A stretch of DNA of 64,000 nt from a virus. The DNA is taken from positions 84,198-148,197 of IMG/VR virus record IMGVR_UViG_3300033145_000529. The stretch is one strand, 5' to 3'. Both the position numbers and the translations under genes were made by a program. Of the stretch, positions 1-10,611 are shown one piece after another. Below the pieces are notes generated by a model. It was not told the DNA's origin, did not search any database, and worked only from the letters and a program-made list of their open reading frames with translations. Position 1 is the stretch's first letter. Every line of letters starts with the position of its first letter.

Positions 1-187
1 TTTATCCCGCTTTTGCTTTTAAGTTTAAGTTCACTCAACAGAATGGTATGAGTAAGATGGTCGTAATCCCATTTCCAGTAATGGAGAGAGTTCTGCGTGA
101 GGCTAATAATGTATATGAGGAATTAGAAGAGCTAAAAAGAGAGTTGGTTATGTGGCAAAAAGGAATTAAAACAAGGAAGGACGAATA

Positions 188-805
188 ATGGAGATTATAG
201 AACCATCTGTTGAGATTATTGACGATATAAATGAGTTGCAAATTATCACCAAGCTTGAGTTGTGCGGTAGGACTGCTTATAAGTCAGAGGATAAAATTAC
301 TAAAGGTTCTGCGGAGAAGTTTATTCGTAGTATAATTAAATCGGGACACGGTAGTGTTTTAGAGCATACTAATATCACAGTAAAGTTTATATGTGATAGA
401 GGTGTGACACATGAACTCGTTAGACATCGTATAGCTTCTTATACTCAAGAGTCAACGAGATACTGTAATTACAGTAAAAAGGGTGTAATGTTTATCCGTC
501 CTCTTTTTTGGGACGAGGGTTCACTGGAATGGGGACTGTGGTATAGAGCAATGCAGGAAGCTGAGATTAGATACAATAAACTAATTAAGCTAGGAGCAAC
601 ACCTCAAGAGGCTAGAAGCGTATTACCTAATTCCCTAAAGACTGAAATTGCAACTACTATGAATATCAGAGAGTGGAGACATGTTCTTGGTTTGAGAACG
701 CAACCAAATTGTCATCCGCAAATGCGGCAACTTATGTATATACTTTTATTAGAGTTCAGGAAGAAGTTACCCGTTCTATTTGAAGATGTGGGAGTATTAG
801 AATAA
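188..805 (+). CDS. thyX: FAD-dependent thymidylate synthase
   Basis: GHGSVLEH, RGVTHELVRHRIASYTQESTRY (RHRx7S ThyX motif), ARSVLPNS. Confidence 0.97.
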   Translation: MEIIEPSVEIIDDINELQIITKLELCGRTAYKSEDKITKGSAEKFIRSIIKSGHGSVLEHTNITVKFICDRGVTHELVRHRIASYTQESTRYCNYSKKGVMFIRPLFWDEGSLEWGLWYRAMQEAEIRYNKLIKLGATPQEARSVLPNSLKTEIATTMNIREWRHVLGLRTQPNCHPQMRQLMYILLLEFRKKLPVLFEDVGVLE

Positions 806-950
806 TAATGCGAAGAAATCGCTTCTATAATTTGTTCACAAAGGAAGAAGAGGAACGTAGAGCAGTAAATTGTTATTATGCTGATTTAATTATTTGTGAC
901 AAGAGAGTTGCGAGTAGGTGTAGGCAGGAGTCGTATAGGTTGTGGCGTAA

Positions 951-2036
951 ATGCCCGAAACACAGAGGAGAAGAAAGTGTATGATTGATTGGATTTTTGA
1001 CAAGTCAAGACGTTTGACCGAACTTGTTTGTGACCCCGAAAGATACAGCGAAAGTCAAATAGCTAAGATAATGACTGAAGAGTTCGGGGAAGAGTTTTCT
1101 AGAGATGCTGTTCATAATAAAATTTTGCGGCTTAGTGTGAGGTCACTTCTTGATAGACCAATACCAAATAGGATGCCATACTATTCCGCTTACAAGGACA
1201 TCATAGAAGGTATTGAGGATGAACCAGATAAGGTACTTGAGCTTCAACCGAATCAAATGTACCTAGAACTACCAAAGGAAAACTTAAAAATTCTGCATCT
1301 TGGTGACCCCCATATCCCATTTCAGTGTGATGACCAGGTACAGATTGCTATGAATAGAAATGCGTCTGCGGATGTTGTACTAACAACTGAAGTCATTGAT
1401 TGCTACTCTATTTCAAGGTTTAATAAGAATCTAAGCGTTCCTTTTGAGGTAGAGATAGACAATGCGGTTAGGTATTTTGAAACCCTGAGTGAGAACTTTC
1501 CCTTAGTTATTGTCACATCGGGCAATCATGACAAAAGGATAGATAAGGCTTTCATGAAAGGTGTTCCACCATCCTTACTGTGGTTGGTTAAAGGCAGTAT
1601 CCTGAAGCTGTTAGCGAAACCTTTCCCCAATATTATAGTGTCTGAGACACCTGTTTTACAGATAAATGATGCTGTATTTGCTCATGCAGAGTTCTTCTCA
1701 AAAGTTGATTTGAAGGCGGCAATGAATGTTAGAAGTTTCCTTGATGAATGGAAAGATACGTTAAGTTTACGTGACTTCCGTCTTGTAATAGAGTCTCATA
1801 CTCATATGGTAGGTGCAACTTACAGAAGTGGTAATCTGAAGGTAATGGAAAGTGGATGTCTTTGCAGAGTTCCAGATTATGCTGTTATGGGGTTTTATAG
1901 TAAACCTCAGACTAATGGATATGTTGTTGTGGTTCAAAAAAATGGGGTTACTGACTTTAATCTTACTAGAGAGTATGTGTTCCCAACAGAGAGGTATACA
2001 CCAAATGTCTTCACAGGAGTGAGGATGGAGATATAA
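951..2036 (+). CDS. Calcineurin-like metallophosphoesterase with N-terminal HTH-like region (true start possibly 981)
   Basis: GDPHIPF, GNHD, AH, SHTH metallophosphoesterase motifs. Confidence 0.8.
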   Translation: MPETQRRRKCMIDWIFDKSRRLTELVCDPERYSESQIAKIMTEEFGEEFSRDAVHNKILRLSVRSLLDRPIPNRMPYYSAYKDIIEGIEDEPDKVLELQPNQMYLELPKENLKILHLGDPHIPFQCDDQVQIAMNRNASADVVLTTEVIDCYSISRFNKNLSVPFEVEIDNAVRYFETLSENFPLVIVTSGNHDKRIDKAFMKGVPPSLLWLVKGSILKLLAKPFPNIIVSETPVLQINDAVFAHAEFFSKVDLKAAMNVRSFLDEWKDTLSLRDFRLVIESHTHMVGATYRSGNLKVMESGCLCRVPDYAVMGFYSKPQTNGYVVVVQKNGVTDFNLTREYVFPTERYTPNVFTGVRMEI

Positions 2037-2365
2037 TGTATAGAATAGAGGGTGATGGTAGTTATCAGCATACTGTAATTTGGAGAGATGGTGAGCAAAT
2101 TTCCTATGAACAATGTGAATTTAGGATAAACCAAGAGGAAGAATGTGTTGCAGTTGTTGATGGTGTATTTGGTACTCTTGACCGTATGTTATTAACTGGT
2201 ATTTACATGATAGTAAGCGATGGTAAGTTTACCAATTCTAAGCTGTTCTATATGACAGAAATACTTCACGGTGTTCAGTGGTTGAAAGGTATTATAAAGC
2301 AAGAGGGACATCCTGAGCTACGGTTGGGTACTATATTGTTACCTAATTTTATTGAGGAAGAATAA
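2036..2365 (+). CDS. Hypothetical protein
   Basis: ORF coupled by TAATG overlaps on both sides. Confidence 0.6.
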   Translation: MYRIEGDGSYQHTVIWRDGEQISYEQCEFRINQEEECVAVVDGVFGTLDRMLLTGIYMIVSDGKFTNSKLFYMTEILHGVQWLKGIIKQEGHPELRLGTILLPNFIEEE

Positions 2366-2790
2366 TGTTTGAAGTGTGGGTAGATGGGTCTGTAAGAAAT
2401 GGTAACCCAGGTTTTGGTGGGGTTGGTGTTTACGTAGAACACGATGGTATTGAGGTGTGGAGATACTCTTCACTGTGGGGTGAAGATGTTTCTAATAATC
2501 AAATAGAATATGCGGCTATGATATATGCTTTAGAGTATTTGCAAGGTATTAATACTACAAATGAACCTTGTAAAATATATACAGACAGTGCCCTTGTTCA
2601 CGGTCACGTAGTGAAAAGGTGGAAATGTAATTTTGAGCATCTTAGAATTTTACGAAATGAGGTTATTATGCTAATACGAACTGCGTCTTTTAAGGTGGAG
2701 ATAGTTTGGAATGGCAGACTCAGTAATGAAATAGCTAATGAGTTAGCTCAAGCGGTTACAGAAAAGGAGAAATTGGCAAGGAGAGGATGA
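2365..2790 (+). CDS. rnhA: Ribonuclease HI
   Basis: VDGSVRNGNPG, SNNQIEYAA, IYTDSALV, NEIANELA. Confidence 0.9.
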   Translation: MFEVWVDGSVRNGNPGFGGVGVYVEHDGIEVWRYSSLWGEDVSNNQIEYAAMIYALEYLQGINTTNEPCKIYTDSALVHGHVVKRWKCNFEHLRILRNEVIMLIRTASFKVEIVWNGRLSNEIANELAQAVTEKEKLARRG

Positions 2791-3197
2791 TGGCAGAGTT
2801 TGACAAAGTTAAAGATAGCGGCAAACATCAAGAATTTGAAACTGGTAGTAAAAGAGATACTAGGGACGGGAAGGGACGTTTTGACCTTATCCCATCATAT
2901 GCTTTAACTAGGCTTGCTAGGCACTATGAGAATGGTGCTAAGAAATATGGTGATAGAAACTGGGAAAGGGGGCAACCCCTGGCTCGATATTTGGATTCTA
3001 TGATTCGGCATGCTTATAAGTTTTTGGGTGGCAGCCAAGAGGAAGACCATCTTGCGGCTGTTGCTTGGAATGCTCTTGCTTATATTGAAACAGAGCATAG
3101 AATAGAACAGGGGATTCTATCAGTAGACCTTGATGACATAGAATTAGTGAGGAAGATGTTAAATGGAGGGAATAATAAAACTGAACAGAAAACTTAG
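2787..3197 (+). CDS. dATP/dGTP diphosphohydrolase domain protein (DUF5664-like)
   Basis: GKGRFDLIP, GAKKYGDRNWERG, SMIRH, EDHLAAVAWNAL. Confidence 0.88.
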   Translation: MMAEFDKVKDSGKHQEFETGSKRDTRDGKGRFDLIPSYALTRLARHYENGAKKYGDRNWERGQPLARYLDSMIRHAYKFLGGSQEEDHLAAVAWNALAYIETEHRIEQGILSVDLDDIELVRKMLNGGNNKTEQKT

Positions 3198-3199
3198 GA

Positions 3200-3430
3200 A
3201 CGATGGTCGTAAGTTTTGTTCTTCTTGTAATAGAGAGGTATCATTAGACTTATTTTCTGGTAATACCGCTTCGTGTAAAGATTGTAAGAATAAAAGAGGA
3301 TAGATTGATACCAGAAAAAGGTTATACTCAAGGTAACGTGGTTTGGTGTGTTTGGTGGGTTAACAGGATGAAGTTTGAAATGGATAGTGGTACGTTTTAT
3401 AGTAGAGTTCAATTGATTATGGAGCACAGA
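3200..3430 (+). pseudogene. Decayed HNH-type homing endonuclease remnant
   Basis: Fragment IDTRKGYTQGNVVWCVWWVNRMK in a broken frame. Confidence 0.6.
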
Positions 3431-3431
3431 T

Positions 3432-3836
3432 ATGAGCAGTAAACATAAAAGTCATAGCTTAGATAAGGAATGTCTTTGTCCAAAGTGTCATTTACGGTTC
3501 GTTTGTTTTACTGAGGAACGAGTGTTCTCTGACCCCATATATCAGGGGTTGTTTGAAGCATTGATGGCTCAAGGGAAGTCTAGGGAAAAAGCTCTTGACG
3601 AAGTGACGGCTGAAATTAAGTTTAGGATGAATAACCCTATCGAAATAGGTGGTGGAAGTAATGGTACAATGTACCCACTTCCAACTACAATACCAGCTAT
3701 CACACCAAATATTCAACCAGATGTACAACCTTGGATAGTGATTTCCGAGTATTCTGATACTGTTAATGACAAAGGAGAAGTGCAGGTGAATTATACTATG
3801 TATGATGGGAAGGAAGTTAGCTGGTTATGCAAATAA
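3432..3836 (+). CDS. Hypothetical protein with N-terminal CxxCxxRFxCxT module
   Basis: CLCPKCHLRFVCFT. Confidence 0.7.
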   Translation: MSSKHKSHSLDKECLCPKCHLRFVCFTEERVFSDPIYQGLFEALMAQGKSREKALDEVTAEIKFRMNNPIEIGGGSNGTMYPLPTTIPAITPNIQPDVQPWIVISEYSDTVNDKGEVQVNYTMYDGKEVSWLCK

Positions 3837-5815
3837 ACTTAGACAATTATGAACTCATTGAGAAAAATGCAGAAATACCTTTAATCTTGGTAGAGGCGGA
3901 ACAGTGCAAGTATATAGGTCTTGATACTGAGAATAAGGGCGGACTTGACATTCTTGCACCAGGAGTTAAGCTACTTCTTGTTCAGCTTGAAATAAAGGGC
4001 AAAGCATATATTATTGATGCCCGAAAGGTTGATATATCTCTTTTAAGTGACTTATTAATGAACAGGAAGCGATGGATTAAAATTGTCCAAAACGCTAACT
4101 ATGATTACAAAATTTTGAAAGTGCTACGTGGAATTCCTCTTCGTGGAGTCTTTGACACTAAGATAGCGGAGTCATTATTGCATATGGGAATAGGAAAAGG
4201 GGGAAATTCTCTTGATAATCTTTCACTCAAGTACCTAGACTACAAGATGGATAAGGATATTGTGTTAACATTTGTTAACCATCCTGATGATGCACCGTTT
4301 ACAGAGGAACAACTTCGCTATGCGGCTGGCGATGTTCTTGTTCTCCCAGGAATACGTAAACGACAACAAATGTATTTGAATCAGTATAGGCTTAATCCAA
4401 TTGCTGAATTGGAGTTTGCTTTAGTTGAATCAGTGGCGGAAATGGAACTTGCTGGTATTACTCTAGATTCTGAGATGTGGAATAAAAGCTTAGATAACAC
4501 TAAGAAGAAGTTATTTAAAATAAGTACTGAATTGAGGCAGGTTTTACCAGATCCACCAGTACCACCTCCCAAACTAGTGAGATTGAAGAAGGATGGTACT
4601 CCATATGCCAATACACCCAAATCAAAACCACCACCAGTTCTTAATCTCGATAGTTGGCAACAGCTTGTACAGGCTTTTAATGAAATTGGTGTAGACTTAC
4701 GGGAGGTCAATAAGAAGACGAGGAAAGGTCCAACTAATAGTGGAACTATAAAAGTCGCTCAAAGTGTCTACAATAGTGATTCTGTGAAAGCTACCACGCT
4801 TAAAAACCTAATAAAATATAGGGGACTTAATCAGGTCAAGAAAACTTTTGGTGATAATCTTATTAATTGTATTAGAGATGATGGAAGAATCCATGCGAGA
4901 TTTCATCAGAATGGAACTGAAAGTGGGCGGTTTAGTAGCTCTGCCCCCAACCTTCAAAATATTCAGAAGAAGGGCAAGGAAGGAGAGATATTAAGGTCTT
5001 GTTTTGTTCCAGCACCAGGTTATAAATTTGTCATTGCTGATTATAGTCAAATTGAATTAAGAATAGTTGCGGAGTTGAGTGGTGACCCTGTAATGTTGGC
5101 TATGCTTCAAGACCCGAAAGGGGACATTCATCGGGCTACTGCATCTCAAATGTACAAAGTTTCATATGACAGCGTTTCTACGGTATTGAGGAGAGCGGCT
5201 AAAACCTTGAATTTTGGTATTATTTATGGGATGATGATAAAGACACTTGCAGAGCGTCTTAATTGTTCTTCCACTGAGGCAGACGGTCACCTACGAAGGT
5301 ATAATGAGACATACTCTACTTTGATGGAATGGTTAAAAGATGAGGGTGATGCTGCATATAAGAGAGGTTGGACTAGAACAATTGGTGGTAGAATCAGGTG
5401 GTTTCCCACATTAAATGAGAAAGATTTTGAGACGAAGCGAGAATTTAATAATATGGTTGACTTCTTCAAGCGAGTAGGAAGGAATCACCCTGTTCAGGGG
5501 ACATCTGCTGATATGACCAAGACGTCTATTGTTCTGCTTTATTTTCCTTTGTTACACTTTACATCTAAATTAGTCAATACTATTCATGATGAACTTTGCA
5601 TTGAGACACCAATTAAGCATACTATAGAGGTGGCGCATATAGTAAAAGAGAGAATGATTCATGCAGGAGAGCAGTTCTTACACAAAGTTCCTGTCCTAGT
5701 AGATGTTAAAATAAGAGATTCTTGGTGGGTAAGTGACGATGTACCTGATGATGAAAGTGGGCAACAATTGTGGTTAATGCCACAAAGGTATGGATTGGAT
5801 GGTAACGGGCAGTAA
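3827..5815 (+). CDS. polA: Family A DNA polymerase (3'-5' exonuclease + polymerase, no 5'-3' exonuclease)
   Basis: LDTE exo I, YAAGD exo III, SGRFSSSAPNLQNI, ADYSQIELR, RRAAKTLNFGIIYG, NHPVQGTSAD, IHDEL. Confidence 0.97.
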   Translation: MQINLDNYELIEKNAEIPLILVEAEQCKYIGLDTENKGGLDILAPGVKLLLVQLEIKGKAYIIDARKVDISLLSDLLMNRKRWIKIVQNANYDYKILKVLRGIPLRGVFDTKIAESLLHMGIGKGGNSLDNLSLKYLDYKMDKDIVLTFVNHPDDAPFTEEQLRYAAGDVLVLPGIRKRQQMYLNQYRLNPIAELEFALVESVAEMELAGITLDSEMWNKSLDNTKKKLFKISTELRQVLPDPPVPPPKLVRLKKDGTPYANTPKSKPPPVLNLDSWQQLVQAFNEIGVDLREVNKKTRKGPTNSGTIKVAQSVYNSDSVKATTLKNLIKYRGLNQVKKTFGDNLINCIRDDGRIHARFHQNGTESGRFSSSAPNLQNIQKKGKEGEILRSCFVPAPGYKFVIADYSQIELRIVAELSGDPVMLAMLQDPKGDIHRATASQMYKVSYDSVSTVLRRAAKTLNFGIIYGMMIKTLAERLNCSSTEADGHLRRYNETYSTLMEWLKDEGDAAYKRGWTRTIGGRIRWFPTLNEKDFETKREFNNMVDFFKRVGRNHPVQGTSADMTKTSIVLLYFPLLHFTSKLVNTIHDELCIETPIKHTIEVAHIVKERMIHAGEQFLHKVPVLVDVKIRDSWWVSDDVPDDESGQQLWLMPQRYGLDGNGQ

Positions 5816-5993
5816 AGTTGATGACGCTATTACTTGTATTGTAGCGATATACCGCACTTGTCGGCAAGCTGTCATCTACAAATATACTAGAAAGATACCC
5901 GCATAATGAAGAATTGCCAGGATTAGAGGAGGAGTGCGAAAAATGTGAATTTAGTTTTTTGCGTGCTTCTTCTAGGAGTAGAAGTCATGTATC

Positions 5994-6587
5994 ATGGGGG
6001 TAAGTAAGGAGAGGTTAATGAAAGAACATACAAGTCAACATGAGTGGGATTTACATTTTATGAGAGAGACTAAGCTTTGGATGGGGAGGAGCAAATGTCT
6101 TTCCAGACAAATCGGTGCTGTTTTAGTTCAAGGTAAGCATATTATAGCAAGTGGGTACAATGGACCTCCAATGGGTGTTCCCCATTGTGACCATAGAAAT
6201 AATCAAGGATACTACACTAATTTTGTTGAGGAGAAGTGTCCACGACAAAGAATGGGGTTTAAGAGTGGTGAGGGTATGGAGCATTGTGTTGCTGTTCATG
6301 CAGAGATAAACCCCATTATGCAGGCGGCAAAAATGGGCATCTCAACTAGAGGTGCAACGCTCTATTGCTATTGTGGTACACCTTGCATTAACTGTACAAA
6401 AGAGATTATACAAGCTGGAATAACGAGAATAGTTTGTCTTGGCAAAAGTGGAACTTCTCATGCACAAATAAAAGATGGGGATAACCCCACAAAGAGAGGA
6501 TACAACTTTCCATTGTCGGAGAAGATACTTGAACTGGTTGGAGTTAAATTAGATGTAATTACCGAAGAAGAGGTAAATAGTGGCTAA
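5994..6587 (+). CDS. dCMP deaminase
   Basis: SKCLSRQIGAV, GYNGPP, HAEIN, PCINC. Confidence 0.93.
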   Translation: MGVSKERLMKEHTSQHEWDLHFMRETKLWMGRSKCLSRQIGAVLVQGKHIIASGYNGPPMGVPHCDHRNNQGYYTNFVEEKCPRQRMGFKSGEGMEHCVAVHAEINPIMQAAKMGISTRGATLYCYCGTPCINCTKEIIQAGITRIVCLGKSGTSHAQIKDGDNPTKRGYNFPLSEKILELVGVKLDVITEEEVNSG

Positions 6588-7590
6588 GGATATTAAGGAA
6601 CTTGTTGACCTAATCTTAAAGAAAACAGACAAAATATTTGTTCCTGAAGGTAAAACGACTTGGAGATTGCCTATGGGCATCCCATCACTAGACCGTATTC
6701 TTGGTGGTGGATTTCCTGGTGGAGCAATTGTTCAGATTTATGGTCCAGAAGAAGCAGGAAAGACAACACTTGCTTATCATGTTGCGGGACAAGCGGTTAA
6801 GTTGGGGTATCCCACATTATACATTGGTTTGGAAGGGTATAGTGAGCAATATGCCAAAGCATGCGGAGTTGATGTAGATAGTGATAAATTTCACCCTGTT
6901 TCGGGGGACTTTGCTGAAGAGGTATTCAATATGTGTATTGAGGGATTACGGAACTATGACTTAAAGGTAGTAGTTATGGATTCCATCACTGCGGCTATAC
7001 CTAAAGCTAATATTGAAAAAAAGCAACCTACTGATGCTATGGACAAAGGTCCAAGTCTTGGGGCAAAAGCCCGAACTGTTGGTTATTTTGTGGAACAACT
7101 ACAACACCCCATTAGAAGAAAACACGGTCTTTTTGTCACAGTAAATCAGCTTAGGTCTAATATTGGTAAATTTACTTCGGGATTAAAGCCTTCTGGTGGA
7201 ATGGCTTTACAATACTACACGGATGTTAAGATTTCAATGTGGGGTAGTAAGGATAGGTCTACAGGAATCATTGAGAGTAAAGTGACCGTCAACAAAGGTA
7301 AAGAATGGGATGTCGTTCCTTGGGGTGCTACTACTTTGTATATAGAACACGGTAAAGGGATTAGTGTTAACCATGATATTATTACTATCTGTGAGAAGGT
7401 AGGTATAATTAAGAAGAGCGGTTCTTGGTATAATTACGATGATGGGAAGCAGGAGTATAAGTTCCAAGGGATAGCCAAATTTGCAGATGAGTTAGAAAAT
7501 AACTTAGCACTTCGAGAGGAACTTTATAATAAGGCTACCCAGTCACAAGTAGAGGTCGAAGTGACTGAGGAGAATGAAGATGATAAATAA
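6580..7590 (+). CDS. recA: RecA/UvsX-like recombinase
   Basis: GIPSLDRILGGGFP, Walker A GPEEAGKTT, VVMDSI, NQLR, SGGMALQYY, KKSGSWY. Confidence 0.93.
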   Translation: MAKDIKELVDLILKKTDKIFVPEGKTTWRLPMGIPSLDRILGGGFPGGAIVQIYGPEEAGKTTLAYHVAGQAVKLGYPTLYIGLEGYSEQYAKACGVDVDSDKFHPVSGDFAEEVFNMCIEGLRNYDLKVVVMDSITAAIPKANIEKKQPTDAMDKGPSLGAKARTVGYFVEQLQHPIRRKHGLFVTVNQLRSNIGKFTSGLKPSGGMALQYYTDVKISMWGSKDRSTGIIESKVTVNKGKEWDVVPWGATTLYIEHGKGISVNHDIITICEKVGIIKKSGSWYNYDDGKQEYKFQGIAKFADELENNLALREELYNKATQSQVEVEVTEENEDDK

Positions 7591-7758
7591 TCTTAGTGAC
7601 CTTTGGGTTAAAGCTTGTGAAGAACTTCGGTGTTTATCTAAAGATAGACCTTATATACGTAGTGAAGCCACGTTATGGGATGCTTTTAAATTTATGTATA
7701 TGCGTAGAGTTAATGGGGGCAAAACAGATGGTCGCAAAGTTTATGGTGAGGTAAAATA

Positions 7759-8124
7759 ATGTTACCAGAAAGACCGAACATTGAAGAGTTTATAAAGCTT
7801 GTTGACGACCTTGCAGATATACAAGATGAATTAAACAAGCTGGAATATCAATACAGTAAGAAAGTTGCTACTAATGTTCGTAGTGCTATGGAACGTGGTG
7901 CAAAAACTAGGGAGCTTGATTGTGTAAAAGTTCTCGGTAATACCGAGGAAGAGCAAAAAGTTATGGATGGTTTGATGAATTCAATTCATGACAGGAAAAA
8001 AGCGGTAAGGATGTTATGGGGGAAAATAGAGGCATGGAAAGCGAAGAAGGAGCTATATAGGACTGACAGTTATCATCAGATTACTGGTAAACCTGATAAG
8101 AGTTTCTTTTCAGAAGAGGGGTAA
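7759..8124 (+). CDS. Hypothetical coiled-coil protein
   Basis: In-operon ORF with GAGG RBS. Confidence 0.6.
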   Translation: MLPERPNIEEFIKLVDDLADIQDELNKLEYQYSKKVATNVRSAMERGAKTRELDCVKVLGNTEEEQKVMDGLMNSIHDRKKAVRMLWGKIEAWKAKKELYRTDSYHQITGKPDKSFFSEEG

Positions 8125-8131
8125 GACATTT

Positions 8132-8875
8132 ATGGAAATAAGTTATACTATGCTCCATTCTTTAATGGAATGTGAATACAGTTACTACTTGAGATATGTT
8201 GAGAGAGTTCCTATTAGGGAGTCGTCAGCTTCAGTTTATGGGACTGCTGTTCACAGAGCTATACATACAGGATATGAGAATAATCTAGCTAGAGATGACT
8301 GGGCAAAGGTATTTAAACATGAATGGGTAGTTTTAACATCAAGCAAAGATATAGCTTTTTATAATGAGAACGAATATCTGAAGAAGTTCAAGGATGGGCA
8401 ACAACTTCTTTTAGATTATTATGATACATTTGTAAAAAAAGAAAAAAAACCGCCCCAAATGTTAGAATACTTTTTTGGGAGAGATAAAGCTGTAAAGCTT
8501 GGAAAGCATGTTATCATAGGAGTCCTCGACCAAATAGATGCCAGGAGTAGAATTATTGATTATAAAACTGGTATTAAACCAACACAAGCGAAGTTAGACC
8601 TTGATTTACAGTTTACAATTTACAGCTATGCTTATAGACAACTGTTTGACCGAGAAGAAAGTGGTCTTGTTTTGAGGCATCTTGGTACTATGAAAGATAT
8701 GAAAACAAAACGTACTGAAGAAGATTTTGAGCTTGTCAAGGAAGAAGTTGATAAGGTTGAGAGAAGATTGAAAGGTAAAATATTTGTTAGGAATTTAGGT
8801 AGGGGGTGTGCTAATTGTTATTTTATTGAACACTGTCTAGGCAAGGAGAGGAAAATTGGGAGAAGTTGGGCATAA
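8132..8875 (+). CDS. PD-(D/E)XK (RecB/AddB-like) exonuclease
   Basis: ISYT..C, GTAVHRAI, GVLDQID, IIDYKTG, QFTIY, C-terminal CANCYFIEHC. Confidence 0.88.
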   Translation: MEISYTMLHSLMECEYSYYLRYVERVPIRESSASVYGTAVHRAIHTGYENNLARDDWAKVFKHEWVVLTSSKDIAFYNENEYLKKFKDGQQLLLDYYDTFVKKEKKPPQMLEYFFGRDKAVKLGKHVIIGVLDQIDARSRIIDYKTGIKPTQAKLDLDLQFTIYSYAYRQLFDREESGLVLRHLGTMKDMKTKRTEEDFELVKEEVDKVERRLKGKIFVRNLGRGCANCYFIEHCLGKERKIGRSWA

Positions 8876-9314
8876 GATTATGTCAACCCTTGTTAAAGAG
8901 TTATTACGGAATTACTATAATATAGATGATAGCTCTAAACTTGACTTAGATATGGCAATAAAAGCTCTTATTGATAGTGGCAAGTTTAGTGAAGATGAGC
9001 GTATCATCCTTAAGCTTACTATCGAGCAAGTTCATCATAGTGGTATTTCTAGAGTTGTGGGGCGGCAAAAGAGTGCTGTTAATGCTAAGATTAATAAGAT
9101 TGCTAAGAAAATTGCTGATTATTTAGGTGCTGAATACCAAGATGAAAAGATTTTAAAAGAAGTTGAATTTAGATTAGGTCGAGCACTTACCCCTGACGAA
9201 GAAAAATTTTGTTGGAAAATTATTCGGGCTGGTCGTCCAATAAAGGGGATAAACATTTTTAACTTTAAGGCTAGGAAGTATGCAAAGAGAGGAAAGGATA
9301 AAGCAAAGGGATAG
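8856..9314 (+). CDS. Putative HTH DNA-binding protein (sigma region 4-like)
   Basis: FSEDERIILKL..HHSGISRVVGRQKSAVNAKINK pattern. Confidence 0.5.
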   Translation: MGEVGHKIMSTLVKELLRNYYNIDDSSKLDLDMAIKALIDSGKFSEDERIILKLTIEQVHHSGISRVVGRQKSAVNAKINKIAKKIADYLGAEYQDEKILKEVEFRLGRALTPDEEKFCWKIIRAGRPIKGINIFNFKARKYAKRGKDKAKG

Positions 9315-10095
9315 GTGGGTTTGTAAAAGGTGCGGGAAGAAGTTTGAAGGTTTGGTTCTCTGTAAGTTTGACCTTACTGCTGACACTGATAATTGCTATA
9401 TTACCTTCTGTACGGAATGTTTAAAGTGGGCATTTGATAATCTAGAGGAAACAAAACAACTATGCACAAAACTTTTACGACGTAATAAGATTGTGTTGGT
9501 TGGAGATTGTCATGGCAATTTCGAGAAATTAGACGCTGTTCTGACTGCTGAAGAACCATTTGACTTTTTCATTTCGGTAGGTGATGTTGGTTCTCTAAAT
9601 GACGTAACTCCACAAAACATTTCACTAATTGAGAAGTGGCAAAATGGGTACTTTGTTCGTGGTAATCACGATGATGTGGAATTCTTCAAACCCCTTGAGA
9701 TTGTGCAAACTATAAATGGGGTACAAGTAGCAGCATTAAATGGGATGCTAAAGTCACGAACGTTCCTCAAGGAACAATTAAATAATATTTCATTTCGTGA
9801 AGTTCTTTACTTATCACACTTGAACGATATTGACATATTGGTTACGCATCAACCACCAACAGGTCTATTTGGAGGAGTAGGTGAAGCTGTTCTTGAAGAG
9901 ATGTTAAATTATCTCGTCCCCAAGATTTATATTTGTGGGCATATTCATAGATACAAACTGAGATTTCATCTTAAAACCTTCGTAATATCACTACCAATGA
10001 TTCATAGAGGTCATGCAGTTGCGTATTTTCAAGGTAGAGATTTGAGAAATTTAGAGGTAGTGTTGAAGAAGGGAAAGAAGTTTATTAGAGTATAA
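9280..10095 (+). CDS. Metallophosphoesterase with N-terminal Cys-rich (HNH-like) segment
   Basis: GDCHG, VGDVG, RGNHD, THQPP, CGHIH; N-terminal RDRWVCKRCG..CTEC. Confidence 0.85.
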   Translation: MQREERIKQRDRWVCKRCGKKFEGLVLCKFDLTADTDNCYITFCTECLKWAFDNLEETKQLCTKLLRRNKIVLVGDCHGNFEKLDAVLTAEEPFDFFISVGDVGSLNDVTPQNISLIEKWQNGYFVRGNHDDVEFFKPLEIVQTINGVQVAALNGMLKSRTFLKEQLNNISFREVLYLSHLNDIDILVTHQPPTGLFGGVGEAVLEEMLNYLVPKIYICGHIHRYKLRFHLKTFVISLPMIHRGHAVAYFQGRDLRNLEVVLKKGKKFIRV

Positions 10096-10109
10096 GGAAC
10101 AATTATATA

Positions 10110-10366
10110 ATGATAATTAGAACAGCATTTACATTCGGGGAAAACAACACTAGCAAAGATGGTATCGGCTAGACTAAACCTTAAAGGATATATTCCAGCA
10201 CTGATTCATGAGTATGCTAGGGACTATCACAAAGTGTCATGTAAGACCTAATACCGTGGCGGAGCAGTTCTTAGTGTTCTACAGACAATTGGAGCGGGAA
10301 GATGAGATGTGCTCTAGTAGCACACAAATTATGTGTACGGATTGTCCAGTCAGGCATTGTAGTTAA
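10110..10366 (+). pseudogene. Frameshifted NadR/AAA_28-like P-loop kinase remnant
   Basis: Fragments SGKTTLAKMVSARL..IHEYARDY and EQFLVFYRQLERED..CTDCP split across frames. Confidence 0.6.
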
Positions 10367-10413
10367 AGCTTGACACCGAGGGAAACAGAGATTGTTGTTA
10401 AAGGAGAGGAATA

Positions 10414-10611
10414 ATGCCAGTAGATAAACTTGAAAAACTAAGAAAGACAGACATAGACCTTAGTAGCATAACATTAAATGTATTCATGCATAGAGTTATT
10501 TGTTGTTCTGAGTGCGGGGAAACTCAATTTACCTTACGTAGAGTGAGGGATAAAGAAGGCAAGAAGATTAAACCTTCGAAATTCATTTGTGTGGAGTGCT
10601 ATAAAGGGTGA
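10414..10611 (+). CDS. Small zinc-finger protein
   Basis: CSECG..CVEC; RBS GAGGA. Confidence 0.6.
   Translation: MPVDKLEKLRKTDIDLSSITLNVFMHRVICCSECGETQFTLRRVRDKEGKKIKPSKFICVECYKG

Noticed and set aside
4381-4710. Antisense ORFs in the track (this one and many others opposite coding genes)
   Set aside because: They are shadows of well-supported genes, with no RBS or motif, and violate the clear strand partition at 37 kb.
8132-8875. Cas4 or CRISPR association of the PD-(D/E)XK nuclease
   Set aside because: No repeat-spacer array or other cas gene is visible; the RecA-adjacent context fits a recombination exonuclease. Its CANCYFIEHC lacks RF and T, so it is not counted as a Cys-module copy.
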